The translations under genes and the position numbers were made by a program. This document shows, one piece after another, positions 25,289 to 37,500 of a DNA stretch of 64,000 nucleotides. The notes beneath the pieces are model-generated. The model ran no database searches, was not told the origin of the DNA, and saw only the letters and a list, made by a program, of their open reading frames with translations. Positions within the stretch are counted from its first letter, which is position 1. Each line of letters starts with the position of its first letter. This DNA is from Heterodontus francisci (lineage: Eukaryota): the NCBI RefSeq assembly GCF_036365525.1, contig NC_090403.1, forward strand, positions 57,971,095 to 58,035,094, in the 5' to 3' direction.

Positions 25289-27301
25289 TCACTGTGAGGA
25301 GGGAGTGGAAGTACACCTGGACTTCCACTCCCCCAGCAACCCATTGAGGAACACATTAAAACAGCGCCTCTCAACCAGTTTCACGCCCGCACCCTTGCCC
25401 GCTTTCTTGAGGGTGGCACGGATGGACTGTATGATCAGCGCCAGACTCGACCAATGGCCAAGGGCCAGCTGAACTTTATTTCGGCAACCCCTCCAAGCCG
25501 CAAGGAAATCCCGGAGTTCCGCTGTGGGGATGAGAGGAGACTCAGGAGGCACGAGGGACTCCACCATCTCGCTGGCGATGGAAACAAGGTCGTCCTCCGT
25601 GACCCACACCGATTCCCCATCCTCCTCCGGGTCATCACCGCCAGCAGTCGACACACCCACCACACACTGTGGGGCAGACGTCCTGGCCACACGAGCTAGT
25701 CCCACCTCCGTCACAATCCCACCCCCAGGATCGATGGCGGAGGAGTCCTCTCTGGGTTCTACTGTGAAACTAGAGCCTGTGGGCGGTGGCAGTTCAGGAC
25801 CACCCTCCACCTCCATCCCCAGGCCAATGAGTGGTCCAAGGGAGACGGACGTTCCCGACTCCGGAAATCCAGCCAGAGCCGAGACCGGAGACAGAGAGAG
25901 GAGGCCATCTCCTGCTCCGCCAGAACCCACAGGCCCAGCAGATGGGGCAGCATTTTCAGTTATAACCGGGTCGTGTGTCTCCTGGTTGTGAGTGGATTCT
26001 GCCTGGGAGGGCCGACCCTTTGGGGCCGCGCCCTCCCTCCACTCAGGGCACCTGACCCAGTGGCAGAATGGGCGGTGTCCCCAGGATCCCCCACCACTAG
26101 CAGGCCTCCACTTGCTCCTTCAGGAGGGGCCTCATGTACAGGGGCCTTCCCCTCCCCTCCATCCTGAGGGGTAGGGAGTTCCTGCCCAGACTTTGCAGCC
26201 TTGATGATGGTGGTGGCAGGGGGACCCGAAACAGAAGACAGCTCCCCTCCAACAGATGGTCCCTGCACCTCAGGGCCCTGTGTTACCACTGTGGAGGGGT
26301 GCCTTCTCCTCTTTTTGCCAGTTGGGTGCAGAGGCTCAGAGACCTCCATGTCATCAGAGGCCTCCACCTCCGCACCCTCCTTTTATTTTTAGTCACCCTG
26401 GGCCTGAGCCGAGCCCTGGGGCAAGTGAGCTCCCCGAGATCGTGCCTTAGGCTGAGCTCAGGCTCGGGTTGTGTCAATGTGTCCAGGGTACGTGCCTCAT
26501 GATGTTTATTTTTCCTTCGTGAAAATCACAGCATCCGGAACCGACTGAATGGTGTCTGTAGGAGATTTTGGGGGAGTGGAAGGAGGTGCAGTGGCGCCAC
26601 CCTGGGCCGCTGATGTGGAGTTGGCGGCTGGGAGGTTGGGGCAGTTCTTACGAACATGCCCCACCCCCTTGCAGACGTGGCACCGCACCCCGTCCGAGGT
26701 CCAGAAGATGCAGTGCCATGTCTGCAAGGGAGTGGGGCATGTTCGTAAGAACATGCCCCAACCTCCTGGCCATCCCTTGGAACTCTACATCAAAATGGCC
26801 TTCCAAGACCACCTCGCACGCCAGCTGCATATATAGCTGGCGGCGGAAGGAGTAGACATGTCGGAGGCTTTGCTCCCAAAGACCGAGCGGAACTGGGGTG
26901 ATCCCTGACCTTACCTCCCCCAGATGGTGCAAGTGGGGGAGGAGGAGCTCACGGGGATTGAAGGGCAGGACATTTGATAATATCCGCTGTGCAGTGGCCC
27001 CCAGAGGGTCCACCAGCAGAAAAATCCCACCCACAGTGAGCCCTTTATTCAGGGCCAGGGACACGGTCCGCTCGGTCTTCAGGAAGAAGGCAGCCTTCCC
27101 GTACATTTTTGAGGCTGCCACAATGGCCGAGGGGCCAACAACCTTGGCCATTGTCTTCACACATGCCTCCATAGACATATTGGGGTGGGTGTAACTCTTC
27201 ACCCCATGCTTCGATGTCAATATTCCAAATGGTGATGGGGCCACAGAAGCAGCTGCTGCAGCATAGGAAGGCCCCACCACTGGGCAGGACTGTGAAACCA
27301 T
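25289..27301 (-). pseudogene. Tx1 ORF1 (gag-like, zinc knuckle), disrupted
   Basis: SYAAAA..VGPSAIVAASKMYGKAAFFLK..SFRRQLYM, and CHVCKGVGHVRKNCP (CCHC). Confidence 0.85.
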
Positions 27302-28069
27302 GGGGTAGAAGAGTCACGCCCACCGTTCAGAGAAAAAATAAAAATAGAAAACGAGAGAAAGGAATAACAAATAATGAATTATCCCAAAAAGCACAGACTG
27401 GAGGTTATGGCTAGGGAGAGAGGCTGAACGAGAGGAAGGTCAGGAGGAATCAGTCTCTTTGCAGATCTTATTTCAGGCAGTCCTTTTGCTGATCTTCCAG
27501 TTGGTGGTGGGAGGGGGTGCGATGTCTTCACCTGGGACAGCTGTAGCTGCCCAGACACACTCTGCTTCTGATGTGGTTTACACAGTTAAGAGAAAGTCTC
27601 TTCACCTGGGCAGCTCCAGCTATCCCAGGCTAGCTCGTTGGGGTGGGAAGGGAGCTCCTATTCAATGCTGTTAAACGCAGGAGCTCCCTGTTCAAACAAG
27701 CAACCCCACCCAAGGTCTTCCTTTCTCCCTCCCCACAACAATCAATGAAAGGGCTACAAAACCCAAACTCACACGAGCTGTCAGTTCTTCTAGCCTCCTG
27801 CTTTCTTCTTACAAAAAGAAAGATAGAAATCCTTTGTTTCAGTCTCATTCTCTCCTTGTTGCAGCAGTCCTCCAGCTTCCAGCCTCTGCACACAGCAACT
27901 GTCAGCTGCACCTCGTTGATGCACTCAGCACCTCCTATTAGCCAGCAGCCAACCCAGTGCTGTACCTGTTCTGGGAGTGTTTGATGGGGACAGTGTAGAG
28001 GGAGCTCTACTGATTCCCAGCAGAGACCCCTCATGTAGATTAGAAGGTTGCACGGTCAGTGAGTGTGTG

Positions 28070-28345
28070 AATAAAGTTGCACTTGGAACTGAGATGAGGA
28101 GAAATTATTTCATTCAAAGGGTTGTAAATCTTTGGAATTCTCTACCCCAGAGAGCTCGAGATGCTGCGTCATTGGGTATATTCAAATCTGAGATTGATAG
28201 ATTTTTGGTCTCTAAGGGAATCAAGGGTTATGGGGATTGGTGGGAAGGTAGAGTTGAGGTAGACGTCCAGCCATGATATTGAATGGTGGAACAGGCTCGG
28301 TGGGGTTATATGGTCAACTCCTGCTCCTAATTCTCATGTTCTTAA
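28070..28345 (+). mobile_element. CR1-like 3' remnant
   Basis: EMRRNYFIQRVVNLWNSLPQ..FKSEIDRFL. Confidence 0.75.
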
Positions 28346-28392
28346 ATGCTGTGGTTCTAACTGTGTACCTGCCTCTCACACTGTGGTTCCAG

Positions 28393-28597
28393 GATTGATT
28401 AACCTGCTGTGGTGGCTCAGCTGGTGCCTGTGGAACTGTGCTCGCCTGCACTATGTGTGGAAGTGTATAATTGTTGTGGTGATGCTGCATGGACTGGCTT
28501 TGCTGGAGCTCCTGGACTTCCCTCCAGTGCTGTGGGTGTTCGATGCTCATGCAGTCTGGCACTTCAGCACCATCCCTGTGCCGTTCCTCTTCTACAG
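28393..28597 (+). CDS. PGAP3: PGAP3 exon 7
   Basis: ttccag|(G)[45 protein letters not shown](S)|gtcagt; HxxxH motif; 205 nt. Confidence 0.96.
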
Positions 28598-28664
28598 GTC
28601 AGTAACCAACAGGGGTTTTACTATCTGCTCTGTGGGCTCTCTCAGTCATACAATCATTGGATCA

Positions 28665-29005
28665 TATAGCACAGTGGCGCAATGGTTAGTACCGCAGCCT
28701 CACAGCTCCAGCGACCCGGGTTCAATTCTGGGTACTGCCTGTGTGGAGTTTGCAAGTTCTCCCTGTGACCGCGGAGGTTTCCGCCGGGTGCTCCGGTTTC
28801 CTCCCACAGCCAAAGACTTGCAGGGTGATAGGTAAATTGGCCATTGTAAATTGCCCCTAGTGTAGGTAGGTGGTAGGAGAATTGAAGGTAGGTGGGGATG
28901 TGGTAGGGAATATGGGATTAATGTAGGATTAGTACAAATGGGTGGTTGATGGTCGGCACAGGCTCGGTGGGCCGAAGGGCCTGTTTCAGTGCTGTATCTC
29001 TCTAT
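28665..29005 (+). mobile_element. V-SINE (HE1-like)
   Basis: A-box TGGCGCAATGG, B-box GGTTCAATTC, V-domain and the same tail as 5042-5365. Confidence 0.85.
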
Positions 29006-29009
29006 GACT

Positions 29010-29495
29010 ATGAGAAGGAGGTCATTCGGCCCATTGTGCCTTTGGCAGCTCCTCGGTAGAGTATCCAGTTAGTCCCGCTCCCCTGCTCTTTCCCCATAGC
29101 CCTGCAAAATTTCCTTTTTGAATATTTATCCAATTCCTTTTTGAGAAACTATTGAATCTGCTTCAATCGTCCTTTCAGGCAGCGCATTCCAGATCGTAAC
29201 ACAAAAGCAAAATACTGTGTATGCTGGAAATCTAAAATACAACAGATCACAACAACTCTGCGTTAAAAAAAGATTTCCTCATTTCCCCTCTGAATCTTTT
29301 TCCAATTATCTTAAATCTGTGTCCTCTGGTTAGCAACACTCCTGCCAGTGGAAGTAATTTCTCCTGATTTACTCTATCAAACCCCTGCATGAGTTTGAAC
29401 ACCTCTACTAAATCTTTCCTTAAACTTCTGTGCTCTAAGGAGAACAGTCCCAGCTTTTCCAGTCTCTCCATATAACTGATGTCCCTCATCCCTGG
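29010..29495 (-). mobile_element. CR1-like 3' remnant with a small Penelope-derived insert (~29203-29245)
   Basis: SYMERLEKLGLFSLEHRSLRKDLVEVFK..TRGHRFK. Confidence 0.75.
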
Positions 29496-29993
29496 TTGTC
29501 GTCAAATAAAAACGCACACAAAGGCGTTTGAAAAGAAAGGGAAATTTTGAACAGATCCTGCCCAAGTCCCTTGTTCAGAGGTTCCTGAAAACAGACCAAG
29601 CTACTCAAATCCAGAGGTCTGAGAAATCAAATGCTGAATCCTCGAGAGTAGAGACTGTCACTTCCACATCGCAAACTGAGCACCTGGTGATAGCCCCTCA
29701 CTCACACTGAAGCCCGGCCCCCCTCAGTCTTCTGTGAGTTTCTTTCTCGCTCTGTGTTGGGGCTCAGTGCTCTACACATCACAATCATATCGCTGTATTT
29801 TACTTGGAGTGGTTAAGTCAGGGAGATGAGTCTCCGTTCTTCTTATACTTTCTGGAGTTGGTGGGTGGGGGTTTGAACTGTTTATTGTGGAAACTTTTGA
29901 GTTTTAATGAGATAAAGAAACTGTTTCTCAGTGAGATGTCGCGGGACAGTTGTGAGATTACACTAACTTTCTCTCTCTCTCTCTCTCCCGCAG

Positions 29994-30042
29994 CTTTCTG
30001 GTTGATGACAGTCTGCATCTTCTCAATGTGAAAGCAGAGTAA
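29994..30042 (+). CDS. PGAP3: PGAP3 exon 8 (terminal)
   Basis: (ct)n ccgcag|C FLVDDSLHLLNVKAE*; summed CDS 957 nt = 318 aa, in frame across all exons. Confidence 0.93.
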
Positions 30043-31429
30043 AGGAAGGCAGAATAAGTAGGTGACAGTGAGCTGCCGTGTTCAGTGTCTGCAGTGTGAA
30101 TGTATGAGATGCTGTCACTGTGCCTGCTCATCTCAACACTTTCCCACATGTACTTTGCACTTTTTTGCATTCTGATTTTATTCTTAATGTGTTGGTTTAT
30201 CATGGACAGAAGGAGCCTCCCTGTTAATGTAAGGCACTGGGAGTTACTCCAGGGCCAGAAATCATGTGGCACTGGCCTGGCCCCACATCTGCAGTCCCAG
30301 CACCGCTCCCCACTCGGCCCCTGCATGCTTTCAATCAGAAACATTGATTACTTGCAGTTTTCCATGAGGGGCTCAATCCAAGACATCAAGATCCTGCCTG
30401 CAGCCATCCCCACGTTAAAGGAAAAGGTTCCTGCAGTTCCCAGCTTGGCCACCAGGTGGTATAAGACACCCAAGCTGCCCTTGCCTTTTGTTTACCTGTG
30501 GCTGTTTCTGGCGGTAAAATCGAGCCTTGGTCAGGTTAGGGTGAGGGGACAGTCAGGGGAATGGAGGAGAGTGGTTGGGGGGTTGAAAACGGGGCCTTGT
30601 TCATTCTTTGCTCAGTTTCAGTTAACTCAAAAATGCCTCTCGCCCATTCACAAAACTACACATTCAGCCACTGGCCTTTGCTGCATTGTAATCTCTTCCC
30701 CCACCTCCAGCAGCACCCACCCCCCTCACCCTGTCCTGCTCCCCCGCTGTCCCTCACCCACTCCTTCATTCCTCCCCCTGCATGGTGGGGGCAATGTTTG
30801 TGTGAGTTCGGTGGGGGTGAGTTTGGCCATGAGGCTGGTGCATGTGCTGGAGATTATTAATCAGTAAAACGCTCTCCTGTTTATTGCGATCTCCAGGCAC
30901 CTAGAAATGTCTTTGATTTGAGTGATTAAATACAACTACTGAATATCAGAAATATTTTGAATAACTGCAATTAAAAAAAATGTTGTGTTTTTAAAAATGA
31001 GTGAGTGTCCAGGAACTGCCAACCTAACAGCTTAATGGTAGCTAGTTCACCACACAGACAGCAGTGTTTGAAGAGAAAGGCCCATCACCACCACCACAGG
31101 GGAATCTAGGATGAGCAATAAATGCAGTCCCACTTGGTGTTACCATGTGTATAGTGGATCCATTCAGTTTTCGAAGAGATAGTTGCTATTTGTTGTGATG
31201 TGTCTGAGTCTTGGGAACAAAAATCTCTGAACCAATTGATATTTTAACTTTGTGTTTATTGGTGATTTATATTGTTAACAATTCATCTATCGGTATCTTT
31301 GTTTCCACACAAAAAATGAAAATGCTGAAGCTTTACAATTAGATGAGTGAACCTTACAAGCAAACAGGGCATCATACATACATCATACATGCACCTAGAA
31401 CATGTATCGAATCATTACACACACCGAGA

Positions 31430-32432
31430 GCCACATTTTGGGAAAAGGTGTGAAGGTTTTAGAGAAGTTGGAGAAGAGATTTACTAGAATGGTTCCAGGA
31501 ATGAAGGATTACAGTTACAAGAAACTGGAGAGGCTGGGGCAGTTTTTAGAGCAGAGAAGGCTGAAAGGATGTTTGATAAAGATGTTCAAAAAGCTTGAAC
31601 GGTTTTGATAAAGCAAAGAGAAACTGTTTACAGTGTGGCTCAAGAGTCAATAATGAGAGGGCTCTGATTTAAAGTGATTGGCAAAAGAACCAGAGGCAAC
31701 ATGAGGAAAACTTTTTTTATGCGAGTGCTTAGGATTTGATATACACTGCCTGATAGGGCAGTGGATAGAGTTCAATAGTAAATACACTGCCTGATAGGGC
31801 AGTGGATAGAGTTCAATAGTAAATACACTGCCTGATAGGGCAGTGGATAGAGTTCAATAGTAAATACACTGCCTGATAGGGCAGTGGATAGAGTTCAATA
31901 GTAAATACACTGCCTGATAGGGCAGTGGATAGAGTTCAATAGTAAATACACTGCCTGATAGGGCAGTGGATAGAGTTCAATAGTAAATACACTGCCTGAT
32001 AGGGCAGTGGATAGAGTTCAATAGTAACCTTCAAAAGGGAATTGGATAAATGCTTGACTCATTAAAAAAAATTGCAGGGATTCAGAGGGCAAGTGAGACT
32101 AACTGAGGAAAAGTTTTTTAACGCAGTGCGTGGTTAGGATCTGGAATGCACTTCCTTAATTGTGTGGTGGAGGCAGATTCAAACGTGGCTATCAAAAGGG
32201 AATTGGACAATTATCTGAAGAGAAAATTTGCAAGGCTACGGGGAAAAGATGGGGGAGTAGGACTAGGGGGGGTAGCTCTTGCAGAGAGCCTGCTCAGACA
32301 TGACAGGCCAAATGGCCTGCATCTGTTTTGTAATCATTCTATGATTCTATGAACTAGATTGCTCTTCGCAAGAGCTGACACAGACTCATGGCCAAATAGC
32401 CGCTTACTGTGCTGTACTGTTCTATGATTCTA
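31430..32432 (+). mobile_element. Nested CR1-like 3' remnants
   Basis: VKVLEKLEKRFTRMVPGMKDYSY; two CR1 tails ending TATGATTCTAT. Confidence 0.7.
31741..32027. repeat. 41-bp perfect tandem repeat x7 derived from CR1 sequence
   Basis: ATACACTGCCTGATAGGGCAGTGGATAGAGTTCAATAGTAA with period 41. Confidence 0.95.
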
Positions 32433-32722
32433 TACACGTGCTTAGAACATGAACATCATTATTCGAATGCCAAGAACACAGGTTGCATTGTGTCTGGTAC
32501 ACAAATATCTATCTAATCATTACACATGTCTCTAAATGGATCTATTTGTTACACATGGTTACAGCATGCATCTAACAGGTACACAGCCTGAGTACATGTG
32601 ATGATTATTGTGCAGTGTTAGCTGATCTTTCATGTTGTGGAGGTTTGGTTCATGCTACAGTTGCCTCTGCTCCATCCTCCTGAACAATAAATATCAAACA
32701 CTGCCTGCAATTGGACAAATTA

Positions 32723-32728
32723 TTTATT
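32723..32728 (-). terminator. Probable PNMT polyadenylation signal AATAAA
   Basis: TTTATT on plus, ~280 nt downstream of the PNMT stop. Confidence 0.6.
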
Positions 32729-33003
32729 GGTTTCTATTTGTTTGCCTCTGGGAGTAGACGAGAATTCAACAAATTAAAACTGTAAAAGCAGCTTGTGAGT
32801 CAGCCCACAAGCAGAGCAACACGGGGAGTTGGTACAGAGAGAAACACAAAGATAACTCTCAGGGAGTGACCTGTCCCTGTGACTGTTTAACCCCAGGGTG
32901 ATGTGGCTGTTTTCTAATGTCTTGTGGGAGATTCTCGCGCTGTTTTTTACTTCATTTCTGATTTAATGTTTATGAAATCTCAGTAAAGTTACAAACACCC
33001 AGA

Positions 33004-33430
33004 TCAGATCTTTTGTGCTTGGAGATAGAAAACTCCCCGCACATCATCAACCCCAATTTTCAGTTCAGGCGGCATGTTGTATGTTTTGAAGACACAGATT
33101 CTGTAGCCAGACTTACTCACTGCCTCCTTCACGTAATCTTCATCAAGAGGAACAACACTGAGTTTCACCTCACCAGCCAGGTAATAAGATTCATCCAGCG
33201 CTCCGATCATCAGGAGGAATCCACCCGGTTTCAGGAGTGAGGTAATGTTGCCCAGTGCCTTTTCCAGTGATTTCTTATCTGGGCAGACTGACTCCAAACA
33301 GAAGGTGGTGCTGATAGCATCAACAGGATCCAGCACCTGAGGGTGCAGAGGGTTTGGCTGCATGATGTCACAGTGACAGACATCTTTAATGGTCTCCCGC
33401 AGTCTTCGCTCCTTCTCTTCCCAGTGATCG
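33004..33430 (-). CDS. PNMT: PNMT (phenylethanolamine N-methyltransferase) exon 3
   Basis: gtgcag|C DHWEEKERRLR..FCLESV..LLKPGGFLLMIGALDESYYLAG..GVDDVRGVFYLQAQKI*; 427 nt. Confidence 0.95.
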
Positions 33431-33528
33431 CTGCACAGAAGATCATCAATATTACTTGCCCATTCCTCACACACTGACCTCTTCTGGGGAATAGCCCTGA
33501 TCCTGGGGAAGAACACACATATATTTAC

Positions 33529-33736
33529 CTCTTCCCTTCAAGCCCGCACACATATTTGATGTAGGGGGTCCAGTTGAAAGCTCCGGCATCTCCTCGCAGC
33601 CATTTCCACAACTCCTCCCGATTCACCTCCAAATAATCAGACATCACAATCTTGTTGAAGAAGTCACAGGCGCTGATGACCTGGTACAGAGTGGGGCCCG
33701 AGCCAATGTCCAGGAGGGTCTGGCCACGGATTTCAC
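33529..33736 (-). CDS. PNMT: PNMT exon 2
   Basis: ctacag|(G)EIRGQTLLDIGSGPTLYQVISAC..SDYLEVNREEL..FNWTPYIKYVCGLEGK(S)|gtaaat; SAM motif I; 208 nt. Confidence 0.96.
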
Positions 33737-33984
33737 CTGTAGTGTAGCAGAGACACAGCTTCAGTGTAAACACAAAGACTGGTTTAAACGCTGCACATAC
33801 TGCCACTGGCAAACAAACGGCAGAAATAAGACAGAGTCATAACTGTCCCCTCCCTCTGTTCCAACATGTTCCTGGTCCTGGTCTGGATTAGGACAATTTG
33901 ACTTCACCCCAAACGCAGAACCCACCACTCCATCAGAAATCAGGTAATGATCAAACTGCTTTATAATGTGGGTCACTCAGTATT

Positions 33985-34110
33985 TAGTCACAGACATGAA
34001 ACGTTAACTCTGTTTCTCCACAGATGTGACCAGACCTGCTGAGTATTTCCAGCACTTTCTGTTCTCATTTCAGAGTTCCAGCATCCGCAATATTTTGCTC
34101 TTATTTTAGT
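33985..34110 (+). mobile_element. Short Penelope-derived repeat
   Basis: GTCACAGACATGAAACGTTAACTCTG...CAGACCTGCTGAGTATTTCCAGCA. Confidence 0.7.
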
Positions 34111-34549
34111 ATTTGGGGTTGGACGTGGAGTTGCGGTACAGATCTGCCATGAACTCATTGAATGGCGGAACAGATCTAAGGGGCTGACGGGCCTCGTCCT
34201 GTTCTTAGTGTTTCTATTACTGACCCTGCCAGTGGACATCACCTTCACTCTGAGATAGTCCCCAGACTGACCCTTCCCCCCACCTGCACACCCAGGGAGG
34301 GAGCCAGGCATTGGTCAGTAGAAAAGGTACAGATTTGAGACTTGCAGACGGATATTGAACACAAGAATCTGCACATCACTCGGCACCAACTCTGGCTGAT
34401 CTGAACAAACTCCCTGCTTTCCACAGACTCTTCATGTACTGATAATACAGAGAGATTGATACTGCAATCTGCCAGTGAGATGCCCACTCAATGCTCCCAC
34501 TGACCAGCAAAAATCAGCAACATACATATTGGATATTGAATCTTCTCCC

Positions 34550-37500
34550 CTGCCCTGGTCACTCAACAATACTGACCCCCATTCCCCAGTCACTCCACAA
34601 TGCTGACCCCCATTCCCCAGTCACTCTACAATACTGACCCCCATTCCCCAGTCACTCCACAATGCTGACCCCCAGTCACTGAACAATACTGACCCCCAGT
34701 CATTCTACAATACTGACCCCCATTCCCCAGTCACTCCACAATGCTGACCCCCATTCCCCAGTCACTCCACAATGCTGACCCCCATTCCCCAGTCACTCTA
34801 CAATACTGGCCCCCATTCCCCAGTCACTCCACAATGCTGACCCCCAGTCACTGAACAATACTGACCCCCATTCCCCAGTCATTCTACAATGCTGACCCCC
34901 ATTCCCCAGTCACTCCACAATGCTGACCCCCATTCCCCAGTCACTCTACAATACTGACCCCCATTCCCCAGTCACTCTACAATACTGACCCCCATTCCCC
35001 AGTCACTCCACAATGCTGACCCCCAGTCACTGAACAATACTGACCCCCATTCCCCAGTCACTCCACAATGCTGACCCCCATTCCCCAGTCACTCCACAAT
35101 GCTGACCCCCATTCCCCAGTCACTCTACAATACTGACCCCCATTCCCCAGTCACTCCACAATGCTGACCCCCAGTCACTGAACAATACTGACCCCCAGTC
35201 ATTCTACAATACTGACCCCCATTCCCCAGTCACTCCACAATGCTGACCCCCATTCCCCAGTCACTCCACAATGCTGACCCCCATTCCCCAGTCACTCTAC
35301 AATACTGGCCCCCATTCCCCAGTCACTCCACAATGCTGACCCCCAGTCACTGAACAATACTGACCCCCATTCCCCAGTCACTCCACAATGCTGACCCCCA
35401 TTCCCCAGTCACTCCACAATGCTGACCCCCATTCCCCAGTCACTCTACAATACTGACCCCCATTCCCCAGTCACTCTACAATACTGACCCCCATTCCCCA
35501 GTCACTCCACAATGCTGACCCCCATTCCCCAGTCACTCCACAATGCTGACCCCCATTCCCCAGTCACTCTACAATACTGACCCCCATTCCCCAGTCACTC
35601 TACAATACTGACCCCCATTCCCCAGTCACTCCACAATGCTGACCACCATTCCCCAGTCACTCCACAATGCTGTCCCCCATTCCCCAGTCACTCCACAATG
35701 CTGACCCCCATTCCTCAGTCACTCTACAATACTGACCCCCATTCCCCAGTCACTCTACAATACTGACCCCCATTCCCCAGTCACTCCACAATACTGACCC
35801 CCATTCCCCAGTCACTCTACAATACTGACCCCCATTCCCCAGTCACTCTACAATACTGACCCCCATTCCCCAGTCACTCCACAATGCTGACCCCCATTCC
35901 CCAGTCACTCCACAATACTGACCCCCATTCCCCAGTCACTCAACAATACTGACCCCCATTCCCCAGTCACTCCACAATACTGACCCCCATTCCCCAGTCA
36001 CTCTACAATACTGACCCCCATTCCCCAGTCACTCTACAATACTGACCCCCATTCCCCAGTCACTCTACAATACTGACCCCCATTCCCCAGTCACTCTACA
36101 ATACTGACCCCCATTCCCCAGTCACTCCACAATACTGACCCCCATTCCCCAGTCACTCCACAATACTGACCCCCATTCCCCAGTCACTCTACAATACTGA
36201 CCCCCATTCCCCAGTCACTCTACAATACTGACTCCCATTCCCCAGTCACTCTACAATACTGACTCCCATTCCCCAGTCACTCTACAATACTGACCCCCAT
36301 TCCCCAGTCACTCCACAATGCTGACCACCATTCCCCAGTCACTCTACAATACTGACCCCCATTCCCCAGTCACTCAACAATACTGACTCCCATTCCCCAG
36401 TCAATCTAGCAATACTGACCCCCATTCCCCAGTCACTCAACAATACTGACGGCCATTCCCCAGTCACACTACAATACTGACTCCCATTCCCCAGTCACTC
36501 GACAATACTGACCACCATTCCCCAATCACTCTACAATACTGACTCCCATTCCCCAGTCACTCTACAATACTGACTCCCATTCCCCAGTCACTCTACAATA
36601 CTGACCCCCATTCCCCAGTCACTCAACAATACTGACTCCCATTCCCCAGTCACTCTGGCAATACTGACCCCCATTCCCCAGTCACTCAACAATACTGACG
36701 CCCATTCCCCAGTCACTCTACAATACTGACTCCCATTCCCCAGTCACTCTACAATACTGACCACCATTCCCCAGTCACCACACAATACTGACCCCCATTC
36801 CCCAGTTATTCTACAATACTGACCCCCATTCCGCAGTCATTCTACAATACTGACCCCCATTCCCCAGTCACTCCACAATACTGACCGCCATTCCCCAGTC
36901 ACTCGACAATACTGACCCCCATTCCCCAGTCACTCTACAATACTGACCCCCATTCCCCAGTCACTCTACAATACTGACCACCATTCCCCAGTCATTCGAC
37001 AATACTGACCCCCATTCTCCAGTCGCTCCACAATACTGACCCCCATACCCCAGTCACCACCCAATACTGACCCCCATTCCCCAGTCATTCAGCAATACTG
37101 ACCCCCATTCCCCAGTCACCACTCAATACTGACCTCCATTCCCCAGTTACCACACAATACTGACCCCCATTCCCCAGTCACTCTACAATACTGACCCCCA
37201 TTCCCCAGTCATTCTACAATACTGACCCCCATTCCCCAGTCACTCTACAATACTGACCCCCATTCCCCAGTCACTCTACAATACTAACCCCCATTCCCCA
37301 GTCACTCAACAATACTGACTCCCATTCCCCAGTCACTCTGGCAATACTGACCCCCATTCCCCAGTCACTCAACAATACTGACGCCCATTCCCCAGTCACT
37401 CTACAATACTGACTCCCATTCCCCAGTCACTCTACAATACTGACCACCATTCCCCAGTCACCACACAATACTGACCCCCATTCCCCAGTTATTCTACAAT

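Larger units (their letters stand above)
21483..27950 (-). mobile_element. Full-length Tx1-clade (L1-like) non-LTR retrotransposon, inactivated by frameshifts
   Basis: 5'UTR, ORF1 with CCHC knuckle, ORF2 APE-RT-zf, AATAAA plus poly(A) (T11 at 21483-21493), imperfect TSD AACCCCGT/AACCCAGT. Confidence 0.92.

Noticed and set aside
30100-30867. 255-aa ORF downstream of the PGAP3 stop
   Set aside because: Lies in the probable 3'UTR, has no recognisable motif, and its composition looks like a chance ORF
33431-33516. N-terminal extension of the PNMT exon-3 ORF / alternative acceptor near 33503
   Set aside because: Would leave an intron of only ~26 nt; the acceptor at 33431 gives a homologous in-frame junction
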